A stretch of 63,771 nt of DNA, the filler included, from Hausera hauseri (Eukaryota), in the NCBI GenBank assembly GCA_046269625.1. It is 11 parts of 11 records of this genome, joined end to end, with 100 filler letters (N's around TTAATTAATTAA, not from the genome) between each part and the next. Parts side by side here need not be neighbours in the genome. Positions count along the whole stretch, not along the records: positions 46,186 to 54,564 come from JBJURY010663218.1; positions 54,665 to 58,667 come from JBJURY010826305.1; positions 58,768 to 63,771 come from JBJURY010363928.1; 8 more parts are not named here. The stretch is one strand, 5' to 3'. Positions 48,765 through 62,298 of the stretch are shown here, in pieces. Made by a program: the position numbers and the translations under genes. How positions within the stretch are numbered: position 1 is the first letter of the stretch; the number at the start of each line of letters is the position of its first letter. The notes under the pieces are model-generated. The model worked only from the letters and a program-made list of their open reading frames with translations, had not been told where the DNA came from and searched no databases.

Positions 48765-51700
48765 TGGTTGCCCCGCAGTTTGCGGCCCGTCACAGCGAGG
48801 CTGAAGCCCCGGCCGCCCACCCTATACCATTGGGTCATATAGCACCGGTCGTTGCCACCCCAAGATACGCCCCGCCACACGACCTCTCCTTATTTCCTAT
48901 TCTTTTTCTTAAATAACAAACACATATGCACAAATGCAGTAACACATTTAAACACGGCGGGAATTTATAACTTCATCCCAACTCTTCTTTACACACCAGA
49001 CTTTTACCTCATATATTACGGCGCCACGGTAACTCTCGTTGGAAATCTGCAACCCTCTTCCAGCTGTATTCACCTTCACATTCACTTTAGCATGCGTGAT
49101 GGCATGGATTCACCACCCGCTATTGATATCACGGACAAACCCACCAAACCAGTGATCTTTATCACTTACTTACCCAAACAAAGTGCCTCAAATACGTCGA
49201 CACAGCACACACTCCCCACTCATTAACCACGCACAGAATACTTCCTTGACAGCCAAAATTCTACTAAAAATGGTTAAAACTTCATCAATTCTGGTTTCAA
49301 TCACAAAACGTTGTCGATCCCTTATCCAAAGCCAACAGCCTGTTTTTTCATTTACCTGCTTTCATCAAAACAAAAATCACAAATATCATTGACATTCTTC
49401 AGCATGCCGATCTATATGCTCAACTTTATAATTCTATTCTTAAGCTCACTGAGCCGTCAATTTACTCTATCATTCAAAGATTGTTCAATGACAACGCAAT
49501 GGGCCTACATAAGCCTTTTGAATTTTTGCGCACATCTTTGTCTCACCTCAATACCCTTGGCGTAACATCCGAGCATAGTCCAAAACGTCTTCGTCGTTAC
49601 TTTTTAAATGCATTGCCCCTTCAAATAAGAGTTTTGCTAACCGTGGTCAAAGACTCCACGGCACTGGAAAAGCTAGACAAACTGGCGGACAAAGCCTATG
49701 AAGTATTGCACTCACACATAACACCCGCTGTCTCTGCTGCATTAGCAACAAACCAACTACAACAAAATGCAATATTGCAGCAGCAAATTGCGCAATTACG
49801 CACGGAAAATGAAATGTTGCAAAAAACAATTAACAACATAAACGACAAATCAAATGAGTTAACGCTGCCTCGACGGGGTTTTCTAGGGCTGCTTCCCCTA
49901 ATGTATTTAATTAACGTCATAGACGGTCGCCTTCGCCCGCACGGTTGTCAATTTGCTACTACCACAACAAATTTGGTAATAATGCTCAGAAATGCCTCAT
50001 CGTTTGAAAATTTTATTTCCACAATTTTAATACAAGCAACATCGTTTGCATCCATAACTCGAAATTTGGAACAAAAGCACAAACATGCCTACCTGGCTGT
50101 AACTACAAAACGTACAATAAAATTAACACCATTAAACCCACACAAAACAGTAGGCCAAACTCACCAGATACAAAAAACTGATCTCGCCGCTAGGAGACAC
50201 GGCAAGCTCTAGCAAAAGCGACAACCTACAAAAAAATATCCGACACATTTTTTTTCTGTATTCACGTTAAAAGCGGCAGTCGTCACTTCAACAAAGCAAA
50301 ACCTTAACTTTCTCATAAACACCGGCGCCGCAATCTCTTTACTACCACAAACATAGCACATACAAAACAATTTCACTTCAAAAAAGCAACTGTTCACAGC
50401 GTCCGGTGAACCTTTACAAACTTTTGGAGTTACTAAATTACCTTTCACACTTCGAAATGTCCCAAACGCATTTACATGGAAATTTACAGTAGCCAATGTA
50501 CGCACACCTATACTGGGTTCAGACTTTCTGTCTCACTACAATTTACTTGTAGACTGCAAACGATGTTCCTTAAAGAGCGGAAATAATTTTAATCAAATTA
50601 GCATCATTTCGGTGACCACCCGGGAGATCGCTTCCAGCAAGTTAATACTAAAGAAAACGACTTCCGATTTAAATTATTTTTATAATCAATCATTATACAG
50701 AAATTTTTATTACGGCAACAAATACGATATTGCCAACAGCGTGACACCTATTACTGATACTACGTCTGCCAACACCATCTTCAACACGAACATCCTGCAC
50801 CAAATACCACTTTGTCACAACACCTTGTCCACACATTATACCTCAACTGCATCCAGTCACGATGCATCAACAACGCCTAATAACTTTTCATCATTGCCCT
50901 ATTACTTACAGCAATATATTTCGTCTTCCTGCACGCGTCTGTTGCAAAAAGACAAACCATTCGTACCACCTCAATCCACCTTCCATCACATAGTAACAGC
51001 ACATCAAAGACCAATATGGCAAAAGGTCTGCCCGCTATCGCCTCGCCGCAGACAGGCAGTAGAGGCTAAGTTTCTTAAACTGAAAAGATCAGGAATAATC
51101 AGAAGATCCAAATCCCCTTGGTATTCACCACTGCATGCGGTTCCAAAAAAGATAATACCTTTCGCCCATGCGGTGATTACCGCCAACTCAACACCATAAC
51201 AACAATGGATACCTAACCTCTACCATTAATCAACAATATCCTTCACAGGCTCCATGGTTCGACCATCATTTTCTGCATTGATTGACACAAAGCATACCAC
51301 TAAATTTCGGTGGCCCCAACAGACATTCCGAAAACGGCTGTCATTACACCTTTCGGCTTTTTCAAATACCTTTTCATTCCCTTTAAACTCCATAGCGCTT
51401 CTCAGACCTTCCAAAGGCATATTGATACAGTTCTTTCAGGTTTCGGCTTTGCTTATCCCTATAACGATGATATCCTCATTGCATCATATTCGTCAATACA
51501 ACACTCCGAACACTTACGTTTAATCTTCCAGCGCTTGCACCAAAACAACTTTCAAGTTAATTTCTCCAAATTATCCTTTTTTCAACATAAGGTCAACTTC
51601 CTAGGACATGTCATTAGCTCCTCCGGATGTTCACCTTAGCCAGAGCTCATCACACAGCTCAAAAACACACAACTACCACGTACATCAACAGAGATGCTTT

Positions 51701-54460
51701 CTTTCCTCGGAACTTTGCATTTTATTCATAAGTATATTCCACACTGTTCCACTCTAACCGCTCAATTTGCATCAATAAGCTCTGAAAAAAACAGCCTATT
51801 CAATGGACCGCCAAGCTAGTCAACGCTTTCGATCACCTCAAAGATAATCCAAAAACCGTGGCAATCCCGTCCTATCCCGACTCCCATGCATAACTCTTCT
51901 TAACCATGGACGCATCTACAGCAACTGCAGGTGGTGTCCTCCATTAAGTCAAAAATGGATCCCATGAGCTATTAGAATTCTTCTCTCGAAAATTCACAGC
52001 ACAAGAGCAAAGATATTCTACATTTTACCAAGAGTTGCTTGCAATAATCCTTGCCGTAAAACACTTTAGGCATATGCTAACTGCACAAACGTTTACAATA
52101 CAAACGGACCACAATCCCTTGCTTCAAATTCTAATCATAAAATCGCTTTCTTCACGTCAGGAGAGGCAAATATCGTATTTGTCAACATTTAATTTTGAAA
52201 TTAAGCACATAAACGGAGTCGACAATTTAGTAGTTGACTTTTTGTTCCGATCGGTCAGCTCGATTGATTTCACACAAATTTTCCCTCAATCCAAACTTTA
52301 ACAAAACCAGCCACCTCCGGACATCCTTAAATCGTTTAAATGGTGCAAAACCATCGACGGTGTGGCCTTTGACACCCCAAAACCTCATAATGCTAAAATC
52401 ATCCTTTCTGAATCGCTTAAAAAAGAAGCATTCAACAGCATCCATTTGTTGCACCATCCTGATGCCAAGGCCATTTTTTGACTCTTACAGCGCCAAGTAG
52501 TATGGGTGTCGATGCGCTCTGACGTGCAGGCATGGATTAGGCAGGGTGTGACATTCCAAAAATACAAAGTTACTAAGCCCTTAAAGCCACCACTGTATCA
52601 TTTTCTCTGCACGTTTCGTTTTAAATCTGTTCACATTGATCTTGTAGGCCTACTACCCTTAGACAACGGCCATCAGTTCATCCGCACAATGATGGACCGT
52701 TCCTCAAGATGACCAGAGTCTGTCCCGATTCGCAGCACCAAAACAGAAACAATCGCAGACGTTTTCACCCGCACTTGGATCAGCAGGGTTGGATTACCTC
52801 GTCACATCATTTCGGACCAAGGCCCACAGTTCGAATCCAACCTGTTTAAAGCTCTTGTCAATTGATTGGGAATTAACCACATTTACACGTCCCCATATCA
52901 TCCTCAATCGAATGGCCTTCTCGAGCGCTTTCATCAAATGATGAAAACGTCTCTCAAAATCCTTGCTGAGTCCAATGGCAGTTGGACCACACTCCTTCCG
53001 TACGTTCTGCTTGGCTGGAGGAACACACCATCTACTTTTGCAGGCTGTTCACCTGCAGAAGCATTATTTGGCACGTCTATCCGATCATTATTCGAGCTGG
53101 CTGAGCTAGACAATATTCCTACAGACGAAACCATACAGGCGGCACCAAAACACATCGTTGAGATCAGCAAATACTCATTTTGTAGACTATTACACGGAAA
53201 TAAACCTTACATACCCGACGATTTATATACGGCCAAGTTTGTATGGCTAAAGAATCAGACGCCGTGTGGTTTTCAACCTCAGTATGTCGGCGCTTACAAA
53301 GTAATTCGCTTACACTCCCACAACATCATCATCCTCAAAGACGACAAAGAAGTAACAGTCCACATAAACAACGCTAAACCGGCTTTTTTCATTGACGATA
53401 CGTCTCCAATTAAAACCACTTCTTTACCAACTTCTTTACACGACGCTCAGCAATTCAACAATTCACCTTCCATTTCTCCTCAATTTCTTAATCCATTCTC
53501 CCCTGCGTTTTCTCCGAAAACTTCTACTTCGATTTATTCTAACAATTCAGCCTTTTCCCCCATCCGATTATGCACCTTCAAGCCTTTTCACACCTCTTTC
53601 ATCCACTTATAACAACCTGCTTTCTCCTCTTACAATACCACCTCTATCAAACTCCACTTCGAATTCACCAATCTCTCCATCTACCCCTTTCATAATCTCA
53701 ACCTCTTGCATACCACTTTCCAACTACTCTCCTTCGCCTTTTCCATCTTGTTCTCTTCCGTTTTGTACCTCTTCGCCGCCTTCTCTCTCCCTGTCCTTCT
53801 CCTTCCACACCTTCCTCATCATCGGCGCTTTCTTTCTCCCTTTCTCCTCACACATCGCCTTTTACTCCTTTCACTTCCCCTTCGCAACTTTTTCCCCTCT
53901 TTACTTCTATTTCTACCTCTTCATCTCTCTACCACTACCTCTGTTTCGTCTTCCATTTACACTCTTTCACCAAATTCAATTCTCTCTTCCTTTACCCTCC
54001 ACTTCACTTTTCATCATTCCTCCGTCTTCCAACACTCTCTTGAATATCTTTAACCATCCGTCTTCAACAACTTCTCTTCCTCCTTCAACTTCTTCTTCTC
54101 CTCTTTCTGAATCGTCTTTGCATTACACAAAACTCACAACAAAATCCAACAATTTTCCCCCAATTTCAAACTCTACAAGCAAACACATCGCAAAAGACAA
54201 AACACGCACAGTCACATTCAGCAAGTATAGCATGGAAAAATCAGTAGAAGGTACCCAACGTCTTGTCCACACTAAGACCGACTGATATATACACTGTTTT
54301 GTTTAGCGCTTGTTTCTTTCCATCTATTTTCGTCGTCATAGTTTTTACTTTCCCATGGGGGGGGTGATGTGGTGCCCACAGCGGCCGGTGCCCTTTGGCC
54401 CATTTGGTTGGGCACGGCCGGGCCTCCGTTGCCGCCGTGTCGGGCCCATAGGCGGTCCCG
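48765..54460 (+). mobile_element. CsRn1-like Ty3/gypsy copy 4, near full length (PBS, Ubl-gag, PR, RT, RH, IN, pyrimidine-rich tail, PPT 54357-54367, 3' LTR from 54368)
   Basis: PBS tggttgccccg (close to tRNA-Trp TGGTGACCCCG); CHCC knuckles; PYNDDILI; SDQGPQFES; YHPQSNGLLERFH; GPY/F-like YVGAYKV; a G-run followed by TGTGG. Confidence 0.95.
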
Positions 54461-55230
54461 ATCTTACGCTTTGAAAATCTTATCACTAACCTACGAATAT
54501 TCACAATGATCTAAAAATTTTTTCAGGAAATAGAAAGTACATTAATCAGTACAGAAACGATTTGNNNNNNNNNNNNNNNNNNNNNNNNNNNNNNNNNNNN
54601 NNNNNNNNTTAATTAATTAANNNNNNNNNNNNNNNNNNNNNNNNNNNNNNNNNNNNNNNNNNNNACCAGTAATATGCACACTGAAAACAAATCAATATGA
54701 CAAGAATAAAATTTACCCATAATTAATCCAATAACTTTAAATGTACAAATGAAATCCCAAAATAATATTTTATTAGCCCGTTAGGTGCTGTATAAAACTA
54801 GCCCTTTGGTGCTATTTAAAAGTACGCTACTAGCCTTTTTCCTAAAAGAGCTGTGTTAGCTTTAGATCTCTCGGCCGAAGTCCGTAGAAAAATTGTTTAA
54901 TTTAACTACAATTACAGTGAGTATATGTAGTTGAAATTCACGCGTCCTAGGCAAATTAAGCCAATTAGAATGAAGGCCAGGCGTGATTTCAAGACTGTGT
55001 GAAATAATAAGTTCAAACAATTACTAATTAAAACTAATTACCTAATTCCGTTACAGTTCTAATTTATTATCCTTCATACATTTATTAATTTTATCTACAA
55101 AATTCCACTAAATGATTTTTATAAATTTTGTCGTTACTAAACTATCTACTTACTAATTTACTAACAGAACCATTTCACTGAAAATGTATAATCAACGTTA
55201 TTTTAACATAAATATTTTCCAATAACATTA

Positions 55231-55677
55231 CTACATAGCGGGACTAGGTACAAAATATCTATAGTAACTTCTCGTATGTTCAGCCATTAACTCAGCATAA
55301 ATCGTGCGCAATTCCCACTTAATTTCCCGGGTGCTCATTGGAATATTGCAGATATCGATACAACAGTTTCCGGCGGCAAAACACAATTTTTCTCAATCCA
55401 TTCGTGCAGCCCAATCGATGCAACATTAACAATCGTATTATCACTGATCATAACGTCGTTCTCTATTACCAATGGGAAAATGCAACACACGGCTAAATTT
55501 CTTGAACGACGGTCTTATAACAGCTCCTGTATTAATCATACTGCTTTTTCCAATTCTTACATTAGCCAAATCGTCATGAATTTTTGCGTCAAGTTGGACG
55601 AATGCTGTTCCAACTTTATTGCCCGACGCAGTTTAAATATACTGAGAATTATCATAATACAAATCACTTAATTCCAT
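55231..55677 (-). pseudogene. DCTN5: dynactin subunit 5 (p25), intronless with two internal deletions and frameshifts
   Basis: MELSDLYYDNSQYIQTASGNKV...DLANVRIG...VIRPSFKKFS...FPLVI...IVNVASIG...KNCV|LPPETVV...ELMAEHTRSYY. Confidence 0.92.
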
Positions 55678-56827
55678 ACTCTTCTGACAAATATTTAAAA
55701 TAAAAATCAAAGAATGAAAATAAAAATAAACTGTTTTGTAAATACCATTATTCGAATTAATTATATGCGGGTTGTAATTTAGTACAAACCATATATAGTT
55801 TTTATTTAATTTTATCGTTCATGTATCATTGAGTGAATATGACATGCTTAATGAAATTTAGGCTATCAAATAAAATTAGCTATCAACCCTAAATATAGAT
55901 TTAATCCAAAATGCATCAAATCGCACACAAAATCAAAATATGCATGTTAATATTAAGGCACTCAGACACGATTTGTAAACATACTCAATTATCGTACCAG
56001 GTTTTTTACAATGCACCTTCTAAACAATTTTGAAATTTTGTAAAGTTTTTGAAACTGAAACAGGTTTAATTGAATTACTAGTGGTTGATGTTGGTAATTT
56101 CTAATAAATTTCGTTGGTTTCTGTCAGAAACCTGCACGCATTCTACATTTAGTTAGAAATGCAACATGACTGTTTGTTTTGTTAATTGAAGAAAAAGCAG
56201 CATCACAGTATTTGGATTTTGATTATAAAACGTTTGCAGATGTATTAATTCAAGAAACGGTACGGCATGACATAAATCGTACGGTACGTTTTGACAATGA
56301 TAGCATATGAAAATTGTTATACATTTTCAGTTTGGCATTGTTGAAAGTGCTGTCTTGTACAGAATTTAATTTTGCATCGAATGTTTTATAAATCAACTTC
56401 ATATGACTTTTCCCTGTTGTGCTACAGCACAAAATGTGCTACTTTTACACTTCTACAGTTTTTTTGACAAACTTTTTAGCCTTAGTAGCTAAAATTTTTT
56501 TGAAAGTTAAATTTCCATGGTTGAGATTTAAAAGACGTGTACATTACATTCTGAACTATTAAACAATTAAAGATATTCAATTTGGGTCATTTGGGTAATT
56601 TTTCATTTCGGTATCTTATTAAATGCAACCAGGAATAAAATACATATAATTAATGAATGAAATAAAGTTCGGTTAAGTAAGTTTTACGAAAAATAAAATG
56701 AAGGAAATTATTTTACATACTTGTGTCAATCTTCAATTGTATCAAATTATATCAAAGAAATTGGAATTTGAAAACTGTTTTGAAGGCGTTTCTAATTTGC
56801 AGCAGAAAAGTTAATTTTCTGTCAAGT

Positions 56828-58667
56828 TTATGTCGATAAGTATGATATTTGTCGTTCTTGGCATGTGGAAGGGTGTTTCATAGCCATGATGTTAAGTAAG
56901 GGTTTGTGATCGGTTTGTATGGTGAAATGAGGAGCGACAAGTAGGTGGGAGAAATGCTTTAAGGCGAGAACGATGGCCAATAGTTCTGGATCTAACGTGG
57001 AATATCTGGTTTCAGGGGCTGTTAGCTTGCGAGAGATAAATTCTAGTGGTTGATTTTCGCCCTTGTAGATCTGGTGGAGTACAGCGCCTACTGCAGTGGT
57101 TGACGCGTCTGTAGTAAGGATAAGTTCTGCATCTGGCTTGGGGAAAGCTAGAATATCGACGGTCTTAATTCCTTCACGTAGCTTGTCAAATTTGTCAACC
57201 AATTCAGGTGTCCATTGGATTGGCTGATGTGTTTTGCCGCCGCTTAGGTGTGCTAATGGTGCTGTCAATTCGGAACAATATGGTACATATTTATGTACAA
57301 AGTGTAGTGTGCCAAGGAAACTGCGCATTTCGGTGGTTGTGCGTGGTACCTGGATATTTTTAAGAGCTTCGACTCGGTCTGGTTAGGGAGAATGACCGTC
57401 TGGTGAAATAACGTGGCCTAAAAAGTTAATGTGCTTTTTGACGAAATGGCATTTGTCAAAATTGACTTGGAGATTATGGTGGTTAAGGCGTTGAAATATT
57501 GCGCGAAGGTGTTCCTCGTGTTGTTTGGCCGAAGATGAAACGACTAGAATATCATCGATATAAGGGTGTGCAATCGAGAAATCAGAAAGAATTGAATCAA
57601 TGTGCCGCTAAAATGTCTGTGCGGCATTCGGCAAACCGAATGGCATAAACAGGTATTCATAGAGACCAAAAGGAGTAGTGACAGCAGTTTTTTCTGTTTT
57701 CGGGTGCCACCGGTATTTGATGGTATGCTTTAGCTAAATCAATGGTCGAATAGATGGCGGTTGAATTAAAACGATACAGGATAATCTTGATGAGTGGTAA
57801 AGGGTATGCATCCATGATAGTTAAGTTGTTCAGCTGTCGGCAGTCACCGCATGGTCTAAAAGTACCGTCCTTTTTTGTACAACGTGTAAAGATGATGACC
57901 AAGGAGATTTGGAACGGCGTACTATGCCGGAACGTTCTAGTTCAAGAAATTTGGCTTCTACGGCCTGTCTACGACGAGGTGACAGAGGTCGTACCTTTTG
58001 GCGTATAGGACGTTTATGTTGTGTAACTATGTGGTGTAAAGTACTGTTTGCGGACGTAAACGTACGATCTTTTTTAAGTATGCGTGGACATAATGTGTTG
58101 CCGAATTGCTGTAAAGTTGTAGGCAACTGTGAGAGATTTTGTGGAAGTGGTAAAACGGCTTAAGTAGTGGCAAATGCAATTTGTGAGTTGTTTGGTGATG
58201 TGCAGTCAAGTGGTATTTGGTGTACGATGGTCGAATTAAAAATGGTGTTGGATGAAGTGAATTCGCCGAATGAACCAACGTTGGCGGCAGTACCACAATT
58301 ATTGACATCAAATCTCAATCGAATATCAGTGTTATTATTTAAAAATTTACGAATTTAATTATCATTGTGTAAATTGGAATTATTTATTGTTTTTTTATAT
58401 TGACCTCCGCATTCCGGTCGACTGCGCGGTAGTCGAAATGTTATTGACATGCCCAGAAATGTCGCCAACAGTGCCGTTCCTCAAACATCGTTGACTGAGG
58501 TCAACCATTAAATTATAGTGTGATAGAAAGTCGGATCCTAGAATTGCCGTCTGAACGTTAGTAACTGTGAACGTCCAGTGGAAATGTGATGGAAAATTTG
58601 GTAAAGTAAAAGATAATTTAGCCATGCCAGAAATGTGCAGCGGTTGGACTGAAGCAGTGTATAAGGG
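56828..58667 (-). mobile_element. CsRn1-like Ty3/gypsy copy 5 (PR, RT, RNase H)
   Basis: Highly similar to copy 2. KKDGTFRPCGD, PYIDDIL and TDASTTAVGAVLHQ. Confidence 0.95.
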
Positions 58668-58767
58668 NNNNNNNNNNNNNNNNNNNNNNNNNNNNNNNNN
58701 NNNNNNNNNNNTTAATTAATTAANNNNNNNNNNNNNNNNNNNNNNNNNNNNNNNNNNNNNNNNNNNN

Positions 58768-59348
58768 TGCACACAATTCTGTTTCCGTTTCCGTAAGAAA
58801 ACCAATTCCTGTTGTATGAGAGTAAAAGAATGATTCAGTCTTTTACCAGTTCACTGTAATATCGGTAGTTTCCGCAGTGGAAAAGTTCAATTTTTCACTA
58901 ATTATACTATATCCACCGAGATGTATACCTTTCGAGCGCACATTGGCAGATTATTGAAACCCCATGCCTGAGCGTCGGCTAGTCATTTAAATTGCAATTC
59001 AATCGGATGATTGTGTTTTAGCATCAATTTATTGTTTAAATGGAAAATATAAACCGGGAAATATTGTCGCTTGTAATTGCGAACGTCAAATGTTCCATTA
59101 GAGTCTCGGACTAACTGCAAACGACTAGATGCAAAAGATTGTCTTACTAGGGTATAGTATATTCCGCTGTTCTCACGTATTGTTATTAATGAAAATGTAA
59201 ACGTGAATTCCACCAAAGCCATTTCCCAGGCTCTCTGGCGTAAGTCGAGCGGCTGGTCCAACGCCATGGTAAACCGTTCAGCGGTATTGTTGTTGTTGTC
59301 ATGTTCTGATAATCTGTTACTACCAAGTATCAAATAAATGCTCATCAC
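58768..59348 (-). pseudogene. Polinton minor capsid (penton) protein, N-terminal part
   Basis: MSIYLILGSN...NNTAERFTMALDQPLDL...WEMALVEF matches the penton FY+.L.SN...N....F...L..P+.L...WEV.L.E pattern. It overlaps the integrase stop. Confidence 0.8.
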
Positions 59349-60381
59349 TCAATCTGCGACGTAAATATCCAACTCGGTGTAGTGTATCCGTGCCACTTGA
59401 CGAGATATTGTTTATTCGAACTTTTGCCGTGTGAACGTAGAATTTCCTGAATATGATACACATCAGATTTTTCCGGTGGTACTTGCATTTCCTGTTCGTA
59501 AAATTTGCCACGTGTTTCGTCACCATTTTTATTTTCTAAAACGTACATAACCGGACTTTGTTTTGTGTTGATTGCTGAAATTCGGTAAACCTCATCGATC
59601 CAGTTCTGATTAAAATTCTTAATGGATGGTGTCGTACTCAGCTTTGAAATACGTACATAATCACCGATTTTATATTTTGGACGACGTTTAGTTGCCTGTC
59701 GTCCTCGTTGGTTTCGGTTTTGATAAAGCCACATGTCCAAATCATCGATTACGTCAACCGTCTGTAATCCATTGATACGTCTACCCAGCGCTTGTTGCCT
59801 TGCCTTGTAAAAAATTTGTTTAGACGACCGCACAATGTTCGATTAAATTGTTCAACGAGTGCAGCCTTGTATTGGGAAAACACCCAGTAGTGGTTTACGC
59901 CGAACCGTTCAAAGACCGCTGCAACGTGCGAGTTGTAGAATTCCTTACCCATATCCGTTTGTAAATGCTTCGGTTGTTGCTGTTGTTGTTGTTGTTCCAT
60001 CAGTATCTGAACAGTGTCCGCAATCTCTTTACCGGATTTAGATTTCACGGCAATTGCACGTGCAAAACGACTAAACGCATCAATGCATGTCAGCATGTAC
60101 CGATACCCATCATTGATGCTTGCGTATGGAATCATTTCCATCAGATCCATTTGCCATACATTATTTACACCGGCAGAACGGTATGCACGAGTTTAAAACC
60201 GCCTTCTTATCGGTTTGTTTAGGCTGTATGCTAACTGTTTCCCGAGCCAACGTTGGGTTTGTTGCCGAGTCTGTTTGACAGTCTTTGCCAGTTTGTCGAC
60301 GCCAGTATACCCGACAGGATGACGCGGGTCGAACCACAAATCGCGCATCGTTGACTTCGATGTTGTCGGTTTTGCTTGCAT
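59345..60381 (-). pseudogene. Polinton retroviral-like integrase with C-terminal chromodomain
   Basis: WQMDL, LTCIDAFSRFA, LQTDMGKEFYN, KAALVEQFNRTL, KYKIGDYVRIS, GKFYEQEM and YLVKWHGY...SWI. Frameshifted. Confidence 0.93.
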
Positions 60382-60489
60382 TGCAACAATTTGAACGAAA
60401 CGTAAATGAAAGATTCGGTAAACTGGGACAAAATGAAAATCATGCACCCAAATCGCCGAATCATCATATACTCACCGTAATTGTTTATC

Positions 60490-61017
60490 CTATGCTGTTG
60501 CAGAACTAATGAGTTCACCCAGTAATGACGTGACAATTGGTAGAATTGCACCAAGGAATCCCCCGTCTTGCTGGTACATGACCTCTCGTTTAAGTCGTTT
60601 ACTACGGGCGTTGGCAAGGCCAATGAGTCGTTTTCGATACCATAGTAAATTCAGCTTCCCACTACCAATGTCAACGTAACCCACAACGATATTGTATAAA
60701 ATTTCCATCGAATCGTCTACTACAAATTGCGGGAATGATCGCAGCATGTTTTGCTTGTCTTGTAGGTGCCTTGAGCAAAGTAATAAAGTACAGCTGACTA
60801 CGTTTGAATCACATTTTTGAACGTATTGATGATGATGAGACGTACTTGTTTATAACCGTTGCCACTGTGACGGTAATTTGCGTCTAGTTGCTGCTGTTGT
60901 TCGAAGCATAGAAATGATTAATCGCTTGACTGTAGAAGTTCGTTTTGATACACATTTCTTGCCGGGCACCCGCTTGGTAAGTTTACGTTTAACCATAGTT
61001 TTTCCGAAATTCTTCAT
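60490..61017 (-). pseudogene. Polinton basic core (pVII-like) protein
   Basis: An Arg/Lys-rich N-terminus is in frame (one stop) with an ORF ending QQDGGFLGAILPIVTSLLGELI, the typical GGFL C-terminal motif. Confidence 0.65.
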
Positions 61018-61021
61018 TTTA

Positions 61022-61677
61022 TCACCATCGTGTCATCGATTTTCGAATTTGTTTATAGACACATACACCACCCTTCTGATTGAAAAGGTCTGTTCGTATA
61101 TGCATGTCATCGGGACACTGTTGCGTAAAGTCAATGAACAAGTATCCATGTGGCTTGATCGTAGCATCATGATATGCATCTATCAAGTAGGTTCGTTTGT
61201 GAGGAAATACTTGTCGTGTAACATAATCAATAATAGTCAGATCACAGGGATTTTTGAACACCAAATAGTGTACGTTTGGATTTCTTGTTCGATGCTGTCC
61301 GCCTTGATGGAACATGTTTTGCGTAATGAAAATAACCGTCACACCACGAAGTCGTGCAATCTTCGTAAACGGGTTGTTGAAATCTGATTGTTTCGCAGCA
61401 TACTGAAATAAATCGTCGATTACAATAATGTGACCGTTGCGTAATCTCTCTGACCAGTTCTCATCAAACTCATCAATTACCGTCATCGATTTCAGTTTAC
61501 AAAATTCCCGATGTGTCAAACCGGACACCATCATCAACACCTTGATGCCAGCATATATGATTGCACCGCGGTGAATGGAGCATGTCACGGTACTTCTGCA
61601 ATAGTTTACACACAAAGTGTTTTGCCACTCCCACTGGAGCCTACAATGTCGAAAATTGAATCATTCTTCAGTTTCAT
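61022..61677 (-). pseudogene. A32/FtsK-like DNA packaging ATPase
   Basis: Walker A IVGSSGSGKT (frameshift just after), Walker B IVIDDL, ARLRGVTVIFITQN and PHGYLFID. Confidence 0.92.
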
Positions 61678-61764
61678 CTAAATAATAATNNNNNNNNNNC
61701 ACCACATGATTTGTTTATAATCGTGTTACACGCATATAAATATCTACAGTATAAACACATTCCA

Positions 61765-62251
61765 TAATATTACTTAATATCTCCTATCGCGGACATGTTA
61801 CCGAGTGTGACATTATTAGCACACTACCTTTTAATCAATAGAAACCGAGGCAGCATGTCCTCAAGTGTCCACCGGAATTTACATGAATTATATTTCAATC
61901 GGGAAAGTGTCGTATTATGAGTTGTCGCAAACCTATCACCACTGATAACAGTAACAGTAAACTACTACCATTCGGAATTGTCATTGACCAAATCCAATCA
62001 ATAACGGTAAAGACTCAGACTACCAAACAATCAATCTGTACAAATTGGCAATGGCCACTGAATGTACGTATGAACCCGAACTGTTTCCTGCACTGAGACT
62101 GACATCGTTTCGCCCACTTTGTGTCAATGCGTTTAGCAGTGGAAAAATTGTTGTACTCGGTATTCGGATAGTGGACTATGAACCGATTATTAATCAAATT
62201 AAAAACCACATAAATGTTTTAGTCGATCAAAATAATGTACTCTGCACATAA
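61765..62251 (+). pseudogene. TBP-like protein (two TBP half-repeats)
   Basis: The first repeat has IFQSGKCRIM. The second has YEPELFPALRL...VNAFSSGKIVVLG. TATAAATA lies at 61735. Confidence 0.75.
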
Positions 62252-62298
62252 CAACAAACTAGAAATATCATTCTCATGCTTATTCAGACATTACTGCC

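Noticed and set aside
53392-54285. 297-aa hydrophobic ORF as a possible env gene
   Set aside because: The Phe/Leu/Ser/Pro richness follows from the pyrimidine skew. There is no ectodomain or cysteine pattern.
5288-58767. TTAATTAATTAA palindrome recurring ten times, like a regular repeat array
   Set aside because: It is always centred in a 100-bp N spacer, so it is an artificial six-frame-stop linker. Cross-contig gene neighbourhoods were therefore ignored.
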